Assembly: GCF_051307035.1 (NCBI RefSeq)
Contig: NZ_CP195536.1
Span: forward strand, 2,340,001 to 2,372,000
Reading direction: 5' to 3'
From: Psychrobacter sp. DM4
Lineage (GTDB): Bacteria > Pseudomonadota > Gammaproteobacteria > Pseudomonadales > Moraxellaceae
Length of the DNA: 32,000 nt
In this document: positions 1 to 8,414 of the stretch, one piece after another
Layout of the letters: every line of letters starts with the position of its first letter
Numbering within the stretch: position 1 is the first letter of the stretch
Translations under genes and position numbers: made by a program
Notes under the pieces: generated by a model
Database searches by the model: none
Told to the model about the DNA's origin: nothing
Seen by the model: only the letters and a program-made list of their open reading frames with translations

Positions 1-339
1 ATGGTTTAGGTACGTCTGTTTTGCAGCATGGTAAGACTGTTGCAAACGCGTCAGCTGCTTAGTCGGTCTTAAGTCTCCTACAAACGACGGTGAAGAAACG
101 ATGGCATCTATACGCGTTTGAACACCTGCTATATAGTCCTGTATCCGCGCCTTAGGATGACGGCGTTTACGATACTGATGATGCATACCAACCAATATAG
201 AAGTACCAAACAGTGTTAGAGCCGATGTTTTTATCAGCTCATAACAGAGTCGTTTGCCTGAGCGCCTATGATCTTGCACATAAAGGTTATCCGCATTATT
301 GACACCATTTATCGCAGCTTTAGTCTTCAAAATAGTCAT
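1..339 (-). CDS. hypothetical protein, N-terminal part only (runs off the window edge); possibly the DUF1513/Tat-signal fourth gene of the imelysin cluster
   Basis: The minus-strand frame is open from the ATG at 339-337 to position 1 (113 codons, no stop). The start lies 3 nt after the TAG (343-345) of the upstream gene, which suggests translational coupling. The N-terminus reads ..DHRRSGKRLCYELIKTSALTLFGTSILVG (Arg-Arg followed by a hydrophobic stretch, Tat-like). The family assignment rests only on synteny with PA4370-4373-type clusters. Confidence 0.45.
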   Translation of the reverse strand, partial: MTILKTKAAINGVNNADNLYVQDHRRSGKRLCYELIKTSALTLFGTSILVGMHHQYRKRRHPKARIQDYIAGVQTRIDAIVSSPSFVGDLRPTKQLTRLQQSYHAAKQTYLNH

Positions 340-342
340 GAC

Positions 343-1497
343 CTAATCACCATCGTTACTATTAAAACCAACACGAACTCCTAAAGTTGGAATAAGCTCA
401 CGTTTTATGAGCCGCGTCATTGTCGTGAAATGATCGAACAGCGCCTGCTGCTCAGCCTTGTCTGCGTCAGCGATATCCTCTGGCATTTGCGCAAGTATGG
501 CTGTGGTATCGCTAAGCGCGGTGGAGAGAGTATCACTGACTTGGCTCTCGTTATTGCGCCCGAGCATAGCGACCAGAGCTGGATCGGTAAGCGCTTGATT
601 CAGCGTATCTACTTTCGCTGTGATAATAGAGCGACTTTGCTCAGCAGTCGCTGCTGGCAGATGACCTTTTGTAGACCCTGTAATCCCTAACGGCTGATCG
701 ATAGCGTTGGTTTTTGTGATTTCAACGAGCGATAGCAGTGCATTGAACCATTGATTTAGTCCCTGATCACTGTCCGCTGTTTTATCGATGGCAAGTAGCG
801 TTGTGGCATTGTCGCGCCAGTTATTTTCGATAGCTTTTAGACGAGTGCTCAAGGCACCACTGGCGCTAATAACATAGGCACATTGAGCGCCGTCTAGACT
901 ATCATTAGCGTGTAGCGCCTCTTCAAGTCCTGGTATCCCTTGTACAATAGCGCTTTCATTCTCTAGCTGCGCAGCTGTTAGTGTAGGATTGGCGGCGATC
1001 AGATCAGCGACGCCACTATGCACTACTCCGCGCTCATCAGGATAATAGTTGACGTATAAGTTACTCATACTGTCAGTTGCAGGACCGAAGTTAATCATCT
1101 CAGCACTGGCCCAAGCTTGCGCAAGTAGTAACCACTGATCACGCATCTTTTGTAATGCATTTCCACTTACTGGCGCTTGCTGGCAGCTCTGTTGTGCAAG
1201 CTTTTGCAATTGTGCGCTCTGCTTGGCAGTATTTGCATAGGCTGGAATCACGATATCATTAGCAACATGAGTTAAATACGTGCTCGCAGTTTCAGCGCTA
1301 ATGTCTATAGCCTCGATCTGTTCACTACTGCCAGCCGCAGCTTTAGCTTTAGTCGGTTCTTGAGTAACCTTTTGATTGTCCATATCAGTAGCTGTATTAT
1401 CATCAGCAGGTTTGACGCAGCTGACCAGTAGCCCAGCACTCAAAGCGGATAACACCATCACTAAGCCATGATTGATTTTCATAAAGTTCTCGGTCAT
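343..1497 (-). CDS. imelysin-like lipoprotein (peptidase M75 fold; motif His replaced by Pro)
   Basis: 384-aa ORF. It has a lipoprotein signal, MKINHGLVMVLSALSAGLLVSC; the true start may be the second Met at 1482. The helical imelysin-like sequence is paralogous to the 3266-4696 product. At the position of the GxHxxE motif it reads GIPGLE (nt 922-939). Confidence 0.8.
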   Translation of the reverse strand: MTENFMKINHGLVMVLSALSAGLLVSCVKPADDNTATDMDNQKVTQEPTKAKAAAGSSEQIEAIDISAETASTYLTHVANDIVIPAYANTAKQSAQLQKLAQQSCQQAPVSGNALQKMRDQWLLLAQAWASAEMINFGPATDSMSNLYVNYYPDERGVVHSGVADLIAANPTLTAAQLENESAIVQGIPGLEEALHANDSLDGAQCAYVISASGALSTRLKAIENNWRDNATTLLAIDKTADSDQGLNQWFNALLSLVEITKTNAIDQPLGITGSTKGHLPAATAEQSRSIITAKVDTLNQALTDPALVAMLGRNNESQVSDTLSTALSDTTAILAQMPEDIADADKAEQQALFDHFTTMTRLIKRELIPTLGVRVGFNSNDGD

Positions 1498-1543
1498 TTA
1501 GAGTTTATAGTTAGTCTTAGGGTTTGGAGGGATAAGCGATAGC

Positions 1544-3109
1544 TTATAACGACTTTAAGAATGCATTAAGCTCGGCGCGGCCTTGTTTATCAAGTTTAAG
1601 TACTTTTTGCTTTTGCGCCTCAGCTTCGCCGCCATGCCACAGTACCGCCTCCATCAAAGTGCGAGCGCGGCCATCATGCAAAAACGTCGCTTGCGAGTCG
1701 ACCGTTTGTGCCAAACCTATACCCCAAAGCGCTGGGGTGCGCCACTCATACGAGTTAGCCAAGAACTCTACTTGTGCATTTTTAGGTGGCAGCTTGCCTG
1801 CGATAGTGCGATCTGCCAATTCATCACCCATGTCGTGAAGCAATAAGTCCGTATAAGGATAGATGACTTGCCCGTGCTGCTCAAGATGATCATCGTCAGT
1901 TTTTGGCAACACGTATCTTGGCGTATGACAGCTTTGACAGCCTATGTCATAAAAGCGCTGTTTGCCCGCTAGTACTATCTCGCTTTCCGCATCACGGCGA
2001 TGCGGAACCGCTAAATTACGCGTATAGAACTCTACAAACTTAGTAATGTCATCGCTGACTTCTACAGCCAGTTTGCCATTACCTTGCTCATCAGCGCCAG
2101 TAGTTGCATTTAGGCAAGCCGTTTGACTTGGCATACAAGATTCGTGGGGTCTAATGTTTGACGTCAGACCCATATCTTCATTAAAGGCGCTTTGATTTTG
2201 AGTCAAAAGCTTGGTTTGACCTGCTTTCCAACCGAATCGACCTAGCGCAACCTTACCCGTTTTCGGATCCATCGCAAGATTGAATTTACCATAGATACCG
2301 TTTTTGCCACTGCTGTCGGCCTGTCTTTTGATATCGGCATCGGGTATTTGCTCAAGTAATCCAAGCCCTATCATAGGCAGCGCAATTCGCGGTGAGACCA
2401 TAAGCTCATCATCAAATGCCCCATACCCAGGATTAGTCAAGTTAAAGGTAGGTGCACGCAAAGTCTCGATATGACCATCTGCAAATGTGACTGGTTTGTC
2501 CGTCCAAGTGACTTGAATACGCGCCTCAGCGGGCACGCCTTGAACCCCGCGATCTTGCAATTGACCACCATAATTAGGATGAACTACTTTTTCGATAAGG
2601 GAGTCTTTGAGTTGCTGTTTTTGCTCAGCGGTTTGCGCCGGCATCGCTAATCGAATGAGCAGACTATCTGAATCATCTTCGCTAGTCAGAGGTGCATGTC
2701 CGCGCCCGTCTTTAATGTGGCAAGACTGGCAAGCGGCGACATTAAATAATGCGCCCAGACCATCACGGCTATCGGTACTCGCAGGCGCAGCGACCCAAGG
2801 CTGCATAAAAAAAGCATTACCAATAAAGAAATTACCCTTACGTGAAGCGGTCAGATTCGATGAAGGTTTTGAGTAACTCTCACTACTAGCGATAGTGATA
2901 CCTGTATCACCGCCTTGCTTAATCTCTTGAGAATCAAAAGTAGCCAGCTGTTGCATTGGAATACCTGCGAGCGTCTCAATAGTCTGCAAGCGTTCAGAGG
3001 ACAACGCCTCGCTATCGCTTACAGTAGGCTGGCAGGCACTTATGCTCAAAGCTGCCATCATACTTACTGCCAGCTTATTACCACGATTGCAACTTTTATC
3101 AGTGCTCAT
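1544..3109 (-). CDS. di-haem cytochrome c peroxidase-like oxidoreductase (DUF1111 family), lipoprotein
   Basis: 521-aa ORF with two CxxCH haem-binding motifs (CQSCHIKDGRG and CQSCHTPRY). It has a lipobox (LSISAC) and an AAGGA Shine-Dalgarno sequence 5 nt upstream. Its position between two imelysin genes is typical. Confidence 0.85.
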   Translation of the reverse strand: MSTDKSCNRGNKLAVSMMAALSISACQPTVSDSEALSSERLQTIETLAGIPMQQLATFDSQEIKQGGDTGITIASSESYSKPSSNLTASRKGNFFIGNAFFMQPWVAAPASTDSRDGLGALFNVAACQSCHIKDGRGHAPLTSEDDSDSLLIRLAMPAQTAEQKQQLKDSLIEKVVHPNYGGQLQDRGVQGVPAEARIQVTWTDKPVTFADGHIETLRAPTFNLTNPGYGAFDDELMVSPRIALPMIGLGLLEQIPDADIKRQADSSGKNGIYGKFNLAMDPKTGKVALGRFGWKAGQTKLLTQNQSAFNEDMGLTSNIRPHESCMPSQTACLNATTGADEQGNGKLAVEVSDDITKFVEFYTRNLAVPHRRDAESEIVLAGKQRFYDIGCQSCHTPRYVLPKTDDDHLEQHGQVIYPYTDLLLHDMGDELADRTIAGKLPPKNAQVEFLANSYEWRTPALWGIGLAQTVDSQATFLHDGRARTLMEAVLWHGGEAEAQKQKVLKLDKQGRAELNAFLKSL

Positions 3110-3138
3110 AACATCCTTAACTCTGATATATCTTCAAT

Positions 3139-3173
3139 AAAAAAACACGTTATCAGTCGATACTGATAACGTG
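3139..3173 (-). terminator. intrinsic terminator or attenuator between the imelysin and di-haem genes
   Basis: A perfect 12-bp inverted repeat, cacgttatcagt / actgataacgtg (3146-3173), has a 4-nt loop. On the minus strand it is followed by a T7 run (plus-strand A-run 3139-3145). It lies only about 30 nt before the di-haem start codon. Confidence 0.6.
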
Positions 3174-3199
3174 ATAGTGTACTCCAAGTGCGCGTTTAT

Positions 3200-3218
3200 G
3201 AAAACAATTCTCATTCAC
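3200..3218 (-). promoter_or_regulatory. weak Fur-box-like sequence
   Basis: The minus strand reads GTGAATGAGAATTGTTTTC, which matches 12 of 19 positions of GATAATGATAATCATTATC by my hand alignment. Its placement upstream of a terminator-like hairpin makes a promoter role doubtful. Confidence 0.25.
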
Positions 3219-3265
3219 TTTTAGCGACTTGCCAGCCATTATTGACTCACAAGACCGATCTTGAC

Positions 3266-4696
3266 TTATAGTCCATCGTCCGCGGCAAGGTTGTCAATGC
3301 CAACGGCTTTTGCAGCGTTCTCTAAGCTATCGGTGAGCGCCTGTAAACCTGTGATACCACTCTCAATCCAGCCGCGACGCATATTTTGCTCTTCGGCGGA
3401 TATGCCTTGCTTACTTACTTGACCTGCGGTTGCAATCATCTGATCAACCTTTATGCCCTCGTTTTCAGCTTTTTCGACGATGACATCAAACGCACTTTTG
3501 ACTCTAGTAAAGTCAGCTGCCGACTGGTCTGCTGCGCCCTTGTGCCCCGTATCAATAAGATACTGCTTGAGACCATAGCCGCCGATCGTTTTGTCAGTGA
3601 CAGTCTGGTAGTTACCGTTAAATAGGTTTTGGATACCACGTGCATTATTGGCATAGCTTATGTGCGTTAGATCACTAAAGCATTCGTGCTCATCTTCGGT
3701 GGAGCCTGTGACAAACGCCACTTGCATCCGCTGAGAAGCGAGCTCCCCCAATGCTAGGCTACCCATTTGGTACATGATTTGGCGCAAGGCATTGTCATCT
3801 TTACGAGCCAATATATCACTTCGTAATGTATTTTCGCTTTTGGACTGCCACTGCGCTTCCATTGCGGTCAAATCCTCGACCAATAGCTGGGTGGCCGCTT
3901 TGAGATACTCACCGCGACGCTCACAGATACTGACATCGTCATTGACCGTATCACCACTAGTACACTGACCTGCAGCCGTGACATAATCACTGACAGGGCG
4001 CTTTCCTGCCCCTTCGCCTACGCCATTGGTGTCTTGACCCCATAGCAAGAACTCTATGGCATGATAGCCTGTCGTCACATTGGCTTCACTACCACCAATC
4101 TCTGCCATATCGACCAACAGCTCTGGGGTGATGTCATTAGTGTCTTGCTGTACGCTACCAACAGCAATGCTTTTACTGTTGATTATATTATCGTTACTAT
4201 TGTACTCGCCCTCGTAGCTATCGCTGACATAGTCTATTAACGCCTCATCGAGTGGCCATGCATTGACTTGACCCTCCCAGCTATCGATACTACTGATATC
4301 ACGCTTGTCATCAGCACTTACAAACCCCTCATCGAACCGAAATACTTCTGTTTGTGAGTAGGGTTTGCGAGCCGCTTTATAAGCCGCTTTTGCAGCGGCT
4401 AAATTTGCCTCAGTAGGCATATCAACATAAGCATCGATAGCAGCTTGCAGTACTTTTGCCGTCTCCAGTGAATCCTTGTAAGCGGCTTGTGCTATGTTGG
4501 CATAACTGATAAGCAATCTATCTAAGCTTGCCTGCTGAACGGCTCCACTTACTGTATCAGTAGTAGCGGCTACCTCATTTTGCGACGTATTCTCTTCTGT
4601 CTGTTTAGTACAAGCACTCATCATTAACATAGAAGATAACGCAACAGCCAAAGTCGCTGGCAAAAAAGAACGACGCTTTATCGTAGTGGTAGTCAT
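3266..4696 (-). CDS. imelysin family lipoprotein (IcmP/IrpA-like, peptidase M75)
   Basis: The ORF is open to 4762, but the probable start is the ATG at 4696. That start gives MTTTTIKRRSFLPATLAVALSSMLMMSAC, a lipoprotein signal. The conserved imelysin motif TGYHAIEFLLWGQD (GxHxxE) is present, with the His codon at 4061-4063. Confidence 0.85.
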   Translation of the reverse strand: MTTTTIKRRSFLPATLAVALSSMLMMSACTKQTEENTSQNEVAATTDTVSGAVQQASLDRLLISYANIAQAAYKDSLETAKVLQAAIDAYVDMPTEANLAAAKAAYKAARKPYSQTEVFRFDEGFVSADDKRDISSIDSWEGQVNAWPLDEALIDYVSDSYEGEYNSNDNIINSKSIAVGSVQQDTNDITPELLVDMAEIGGSEANVTTGYHAIEFLLWGQDTNGVGEGAGKRPVSDYVTAAGQCTSGDTVNDDVSICERRGEYLKAATQLLVEDLTAMEAQWQSKSENTLRSDILARKDDNALRQIMYQMGSLALGELASQRMQVAFVTGSTEDEHECFSDLTHISYANNARGIQNLFNGNYQTVTDKTIGGYGLKQYLIDTGHKGAADQSAADFTRVKSAFDVIVEKAENEGIKVDQMIATAGQVSKQGISAEEQNMRRGWIESGITGLQALTDSLENAAKAVGIDNLAADDGL

Positions 4697-4841
4697 AAAT
4701 GGCCCTAGTAATAGATATAAAGATGTATTTTGATAGATAACGCTATATTCGATGTATGTCAAGACAAAGAAGCCGTAATATACAGCTCCTTGATCACTAT
4801 GTTTTCGCAGTGTACTAACGCGAGTTTTCGCAAATTATAAT

Positions 4842-4860
4842 GTTATTGAGAACTATTATC
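4842..4860 (-). promoter_or_regulatory. candidate Fur box upstream of the imelysin cluster
   Basis: gttattgagaactattatc matches 14 of 19 positions of the Fur consensus by hand alignment. It sits in the AT-rich region about 150 nt upstream of the first gene. Imelysin/IrpA clusters are known to be iron-regulated. Confidence 0.4.
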
Positions 4861-5011
4861 AAATAAAAATTGGTATTATTACGAATAATTTGTTTTTAGC
4901 GGTATCGTATAAAGATAAAGGAGTAAAGTTTTGGTAAAAAGCTACGTCTATAAACAGTAATATTAAGTAGTTTAAAGGTTTAAGCTTTACTCCGCTCCAA
5001 ATTATAAACAC

Positions 5012-5035
5012 AAAAAAGCCAGCTTAGCGCTGGCT
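5012..5035 (-). terminator. rho-independent terminator of the OmpA-family gene
   Basis: The stem is agccagc / gctggct (5017-5023 and 5029-5035). On the minus strand it is followed by T6 (plus-strand A-run 5012-5017). It lies 30 nt after the stop codon. Confidence 0.7.
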
Positions 5036-5064
5036 CTTTATCATTGAACTAAACAGTTTTAATT

Positions 5065-5721
5065 CTAGTTAACGCTTTGTGGTGAGTTGATAGTGAGCTC
5101 AACACGGCGGTTTTGCTGACGACCATAATCAGTGTTGTTATCTGCGATTGGACGTGATTCACCATATGCAACGACATTAACACGGTTAGAAGCTACGCCA
5201 CGAGCCGTCAAGTAGTTGGCTACTGAATAAGCACGGTCTCTTGATAAACGAGTGTTATAAGCTGCATCACCGCGGCTATCAGTATGACCTGCAATAGTTA
5301 CTGTCGTTTGATTGTACTGGCTCATAGTTGACGCAAGCTTATCAAGTGTTGGTCTAAATGATGCATTCAAAGTCGCATCATCAAACGAGAAAGTGATGTT
5401 ACCTGGCATGACCAAATCGATGTTACCAGTCGTTGGGTTTTGCTCAACAGTAACACCAGTACCCGCCATTTGCTGCTCTAACTGACGAGCTTGACGCTCC
5501 ATGTAATACCCTACGCCAGCACCAAGCGCTGCGCCAATTGCTGCGTCACGACCCGTCTTATCACCGCCAGTTGCTTTTGAGATAGTTGCGCCGCCTGCCG
5601 CACCAACCAAACCACCCAAGGCCGCTTTATTTAAACGCTGTTGTCCAGTGTTAGGATCAGTAGTACAACCGCTAAGAGCTAAACCTGATGCTACAGCTAC
5701 AATCATTAATTGATTACGCAT
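5065..5721 (-). CDS. OmpA-family peptidoglycan-binding lipoprotein with a glycine-zipper N-terminal region
   Basis: It has a lipobox (LALSGC) and Gly-rich zipper repeats (GGLVGAAGGA, GAALGAGVG). The C-terminal OmpA_C motif is GHTDSRGDAAYNTRLSRDRAYSVANYL. An AGAGGAA Shine-Dalgarno sequence lies upstream. Confidence 0.85.
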   Translation of the reverse strand: MRNQLMIVAVASGLALSGCTTDPNTGQQRLNKAALGGLVGAAGGATISKATGGDKTGRDAAIGAALGAGVGYYMERQARQLEQQMAGTGVTVEQNPTTGNIDLVMPGNITFSFDDATLNASFRPTLDKLASTMSQYNQTTVTIAGHTDSRGDAAYNTRLSRDRAYSVANYLTARGVASNRVNVVAYGESRPIADNNTDYGRQQNRRVELTINSPQSVN

Positions 5722-5771
5722 AATTTATTCCTCTATGAATTCAAATGAAGTTATAAACAAAATTTATTTTG

Positions 5772-5810
5772 GTAATACTTATTAGTAATACTTATTAGCA
5801 ATACTTATTG
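5772..5810. repeat. 13-bp tandem repeat, 3 copies
   Basis: The units are gtaatacttatta (5772-5784), gtaatacttatta (5785-5797) and gcaatacttattg (5798-5810). They lie 51-89 nt upstream of the OmpA-family start codon. Confidence 0.9.
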
Positions 5811-6108
5811 CCTTAATCTTATTAAGCGCTATATGCACTTTGCTCTGCTGGGTGCTATTCACACTTGCTGTTATTATGGCAAGCACAACCTGTCTATGTG
5901 TAATATTTTGTCACATCTATGTATGCAAAATGCAGAACTATATATCATGACTATTTTAGTTTTGACACTTTACTTAATATTTTTGTCTGTATCTCACTTT
6001 AATGATTTTCTGAATCTGATAATACCTCATACTATTATAGTGCGATGACTTTGTGTTATAAACAAGCTGTCTAAATTATAAATATAAAATGATTATAAGG
6101 AAACTATC

Positions 6109-7071
6109 ATGAAACTGTCATCGCTCATACAAAAAGTGCATAACCGTGCGCCTAGGCTTGGTAAAGTTATCTCGTTAGCGACGTCAACTGGCGTCATTAC
6201 CGCAAATAGTATAGCAGCAGGACCTCCTGTATGGATTATGGGTGCTGCCAAGGCTATCACTGGCTCCGCTATCGCAGACAAAACGGTAATAGATGTGACC
6301 AATTACTGGATCAATAGCAATAATGCATTGATTGACAATGTATTGCCGCGTAAAGACTGGCGTATTAGTCTGCCAGATGATGTGAATACCAAAGGCAAGT
6401 ATCTACTCATTTGCAACCATCAGTCTTGGGTCGATACGAGTATCGTTCAGTACATTAGTGAAAAGCGTTTGCCATTAACACGATTTTTTACCAAATTTGA
6501 GCTGATATATATTCCCGTTATCGGACAGGCTTTTTACTTTTTAGACTTTCCGATGATGCGCCGTCATTCAAAAGAGCAAATCGAGAAAAACCCTGCGCTA
6601 AAAGGCAAAGATATAGAAGAGGCCAAACGTGCCTGCGCGCTACTCAAAGACAAACCCTTTACTTTGCTCAATTATCTGGAGGGTACGCGCTTTACCCCAA
6701 CCAAAAGTCAAGGTCAAAACTCACCCTACACGCACTTGCTAAAACCAAGAGCTGGCGGTTTGGCGCTAGCTATCAGCGCCCTTGGCAGTGAGGTGGATAG
6801 TATTCTGGATATGACTATCGTTTATCCTGATGGCATACCGACCTATAGCGATTTGTGGAAAGGTAATATCAAACGCTTGGGCGTCGATGTTCGTCATATC
6901 CATATTCCAAAAGACTTGGCTGCTGCCATTCAAGACGGTCGCTATGAGACGGACGAGACGATCAAAGCGCAGATGTTTGACTGGGTTGAACAAGTGTGGC
7001 AACAAAAGGATGCGCTCATCGGCGATATGCTCGCTCAATTTGAAAACGAGCCTGCTGACAGTAGTGTTTAG
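6109..7071 (+). CDS. yihG: YihG-family (PlsC-type) lysophospholipid acyltransferase
   Basis: The HX4D acyltransferase motif lies in YLLICNHQSWVDT and an EGTR motif in YLEGTRFTP. As I recall the E. coli YihG sequence, there is collinear similarity (..LLICNHRSWADI.., ..WQEKDRLL..). An AAGGAA Shine-Dalgarno sequence lies upstream. Confidence 0.75.
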   Translation: MKLSSLIQKVHNRAPRLGKVISLATSTGVITANSIAAGPPVWIMGAAKAITGSAIADKTVIDVTNYWINSNNALIDNVLPRKDWRISLPDDVNTKGKYLLICNHQSWVDTSIVQYISEKRLPLTRFFTKFELIYIPVIGQAFYFLDFPMMRRHSKEQIEKNPALKGKDIEEAKRACALLKDKPFTLLNYLEGTRFTPTKSQGQNSPYTHLLKPRAGGLALAISALGSEVDSILDMTIVYPDGIPTYSDLWKGNIKRLGVDVRHIHIPKDLAAAIQDGRYETDETIKAQMFDWVEQVWQQKDALIGDMLAQFENEPADSSV

Positions 7072-7165
7072 ATAGCATCGATATCCAAACCTATTTTTTG
7101 AATAATCTATAAAATCCTGTAGACAACGGTCTTGATTGACCGTTTGTCCTATATAAGGTGCAATT

Positions 7166-8242
7166 GTGTCCATCTCCTCAAATAACCTACCCAAACGCTC
7201 GCAATCGATTGCTGATCACACTCAATTAAAGCCGTCGCCTATGCGTCCAGCACCTAGCCGCCTAAAACTGACTTACGACATTTTGATGCTTGTCGCTATC
7301 AGTATTGATTTATTCTTAATCAGCATTGATGCGATATTGATGAGTAATTTTAGTGCCAATGCAGCTAATTGGTTGATGCTTAGTGAGGCTTTGGCTTGGT
7401 ATCAGAACGTTTTGCACGATCCTTTACGTACCGTAGGTGGGTTTTTTACCTTGTTTTTAATTTTTGAGTTAGCCGTGCGCTGGGCTATTGCTATTAAAAA
7501 TCGAGTTTATTACCGCTGGTTTTTCTTCCCTTTTGTACATTGGTACGAGGTACTAGGGTGTTTTCCGCAATTACGCGCCCTGCGCTTGTTTCGCGCGGTG
7601 GTCATTGGTAGACGTTTACATCAGCTTGGTTATCAGGTATTGCCGCAGCTTTGGCTCAAACGTATCAAGTTCTATATTGACCTGATACTAGAAGAGTTAT
7701 CTGATCGGGTGATCCTAACCGCCATTGACAACTATCGTCAGCAGCTCACCGATCCAAAAATGCAAAAATCCATGATAGACTCAACCATCACGCGCAACCG
7801 TGTAGAGATTGAAGCAGTTATTTTGTCATTATTGCGACGGGAGCTTGCGCCGCAATTACAAAAGTTAAAACGAGGCTCGGAGGGTGGCAACCTAATCGCT
7901 CATGAAGTTGGTGATGCCATCCAAAGTGGTCTGGCCAACACCCCTGAGCTCAGACGCTATCTTAGACTAATACCTATTGCTGGAAGTCTTATCGAATCAC
8001 AGTTGCAACACATAGGACAGAGCATTGGTGAAAACGTCGTTTATGCGCTAAATGCGCGCTTGCTAGATGATCAGCGTATCGATGATATGATGGCTGCTAT
8101 TGCGCATAGTGTCGCGCATGTCGATGCTAGTGATAATGCATTAGATGTTTTGGTCGCTAGCATTATCGACGACAGTTTGTCGGCACTTGAGGCACAAGTA
8201 AAAGTTCAACAATGGAAGCACAAAGACATGCTCAACTTGTAG
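7166..8242 (+). CDS. membrane protein with a voltage-sensor-like S1-S4 domain and no pore module, plus a roughly 200-aa cytoplasmic domain of unknown function
   Basis: 358-aa ORF with a GTG start that is uncertain; Met26 at 7241 is an alternative. Four hydrophobic helices are present. S2 contains FELAVRW and S3 contains FVHWYEVLG. S4 reads LRALRLFRAVVIGRR, with Arg at every third position (nt 7571-7618). No further transmembrane-length hydrophobic segment follows. Confidence 0.7.
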   Translation: MSISSNNLPKRSQSIADHTQLKPSPMRPAPSRLKLTYDILMLVAISIDLFLISIDAILMSNFSANAANWLMLSEALAWYQNVLHDPLRTVGGFFTLFLIFELAVRWAIAIKNRVYYRWFFFPFVHWYEVLGCFPQLRALRLFRAVVIGRRLHQLGYQVLPQLWLKRIKFYIDLILEELSDRVILTAIDNYRQQLTDPKMQKSMIDSTITRNRVEIEAVILSLLRRELAPQLQKLKRGSEGGNLIAHEVGDAIQSGLANTPELRRYLRLIPIAGSLIESQLQHIGQSIGENVVYALNARLLDDQRIDDMMAAIAHSVAHVDASDNALDVLVASIIDDSLSALEAQVKVQQWKHKDMLNL

Positions 8243-8414
8243 TTTTATCTATTAATATCATTCGATAGACGGTAAACTTATGAGCAGATTTGAGATCAAA
8301 ACTCGGAGATAGAAGGGTATTACCTTTTATTTAGATGTAGTATCTGTATTTATTTCAGCCTAGCGATTCAATAATGAGCTGCACATCAATAGCAGTTATG
8401 TCAGTATTTTAAGG

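Noticed and set aside
4697-4762. N-terminal extensions of the ORF track for the imelysin gene (to 4762) and for ccmC (30976-31068).
   Set aside because: In both cases an internal Met gives a proper N-terminus: a lipoprotein signal for the imelysin and the start of the conserved CcmC sequence. The extensions read through AT-rich upstream DNA.
5889-5907. A CRP/Vfr-like palindrome, tgtgt-N9-tcaca.
   Set aside because: The half-sites are 9 nt apart instead of the 6 nt required by the TGTGA-N6-TCACA consensus.
5833-6048. A 71-aa ORF in the ompA-like/yihG intergenic region. Its inner Met (5947) would give a 33-aa hydrophobic peptide, MTILVLTLYLIFLSVSHF.., reminiscent of a type I toxin.
   Set aside because: No Shine-Dalgarno sequence precedes either Met. 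The region is very AT-rich, and T-rich codons give hydrophobic residues by chance. I could not identify an antisense RNA signature.
6766-7194. A 142-aa minus-strand ORF overlapping the 3' end of the acyltransferase gene. Other antisense ORFs were considered with it: 430-690, 1583-1846, 2607-2876, 3386-3968, 6093-6302, 10414-10770, 20045-20586, 21021-21269, 24221-24784, 26649-27293, 28893-29306, 29916-30218, 31189-31941.
   Set aside because: Each one lies entirely within or antisense to a well-supported gene with recognisable motifs. None has recognisable motifs or a ribosome-binding site of its own.
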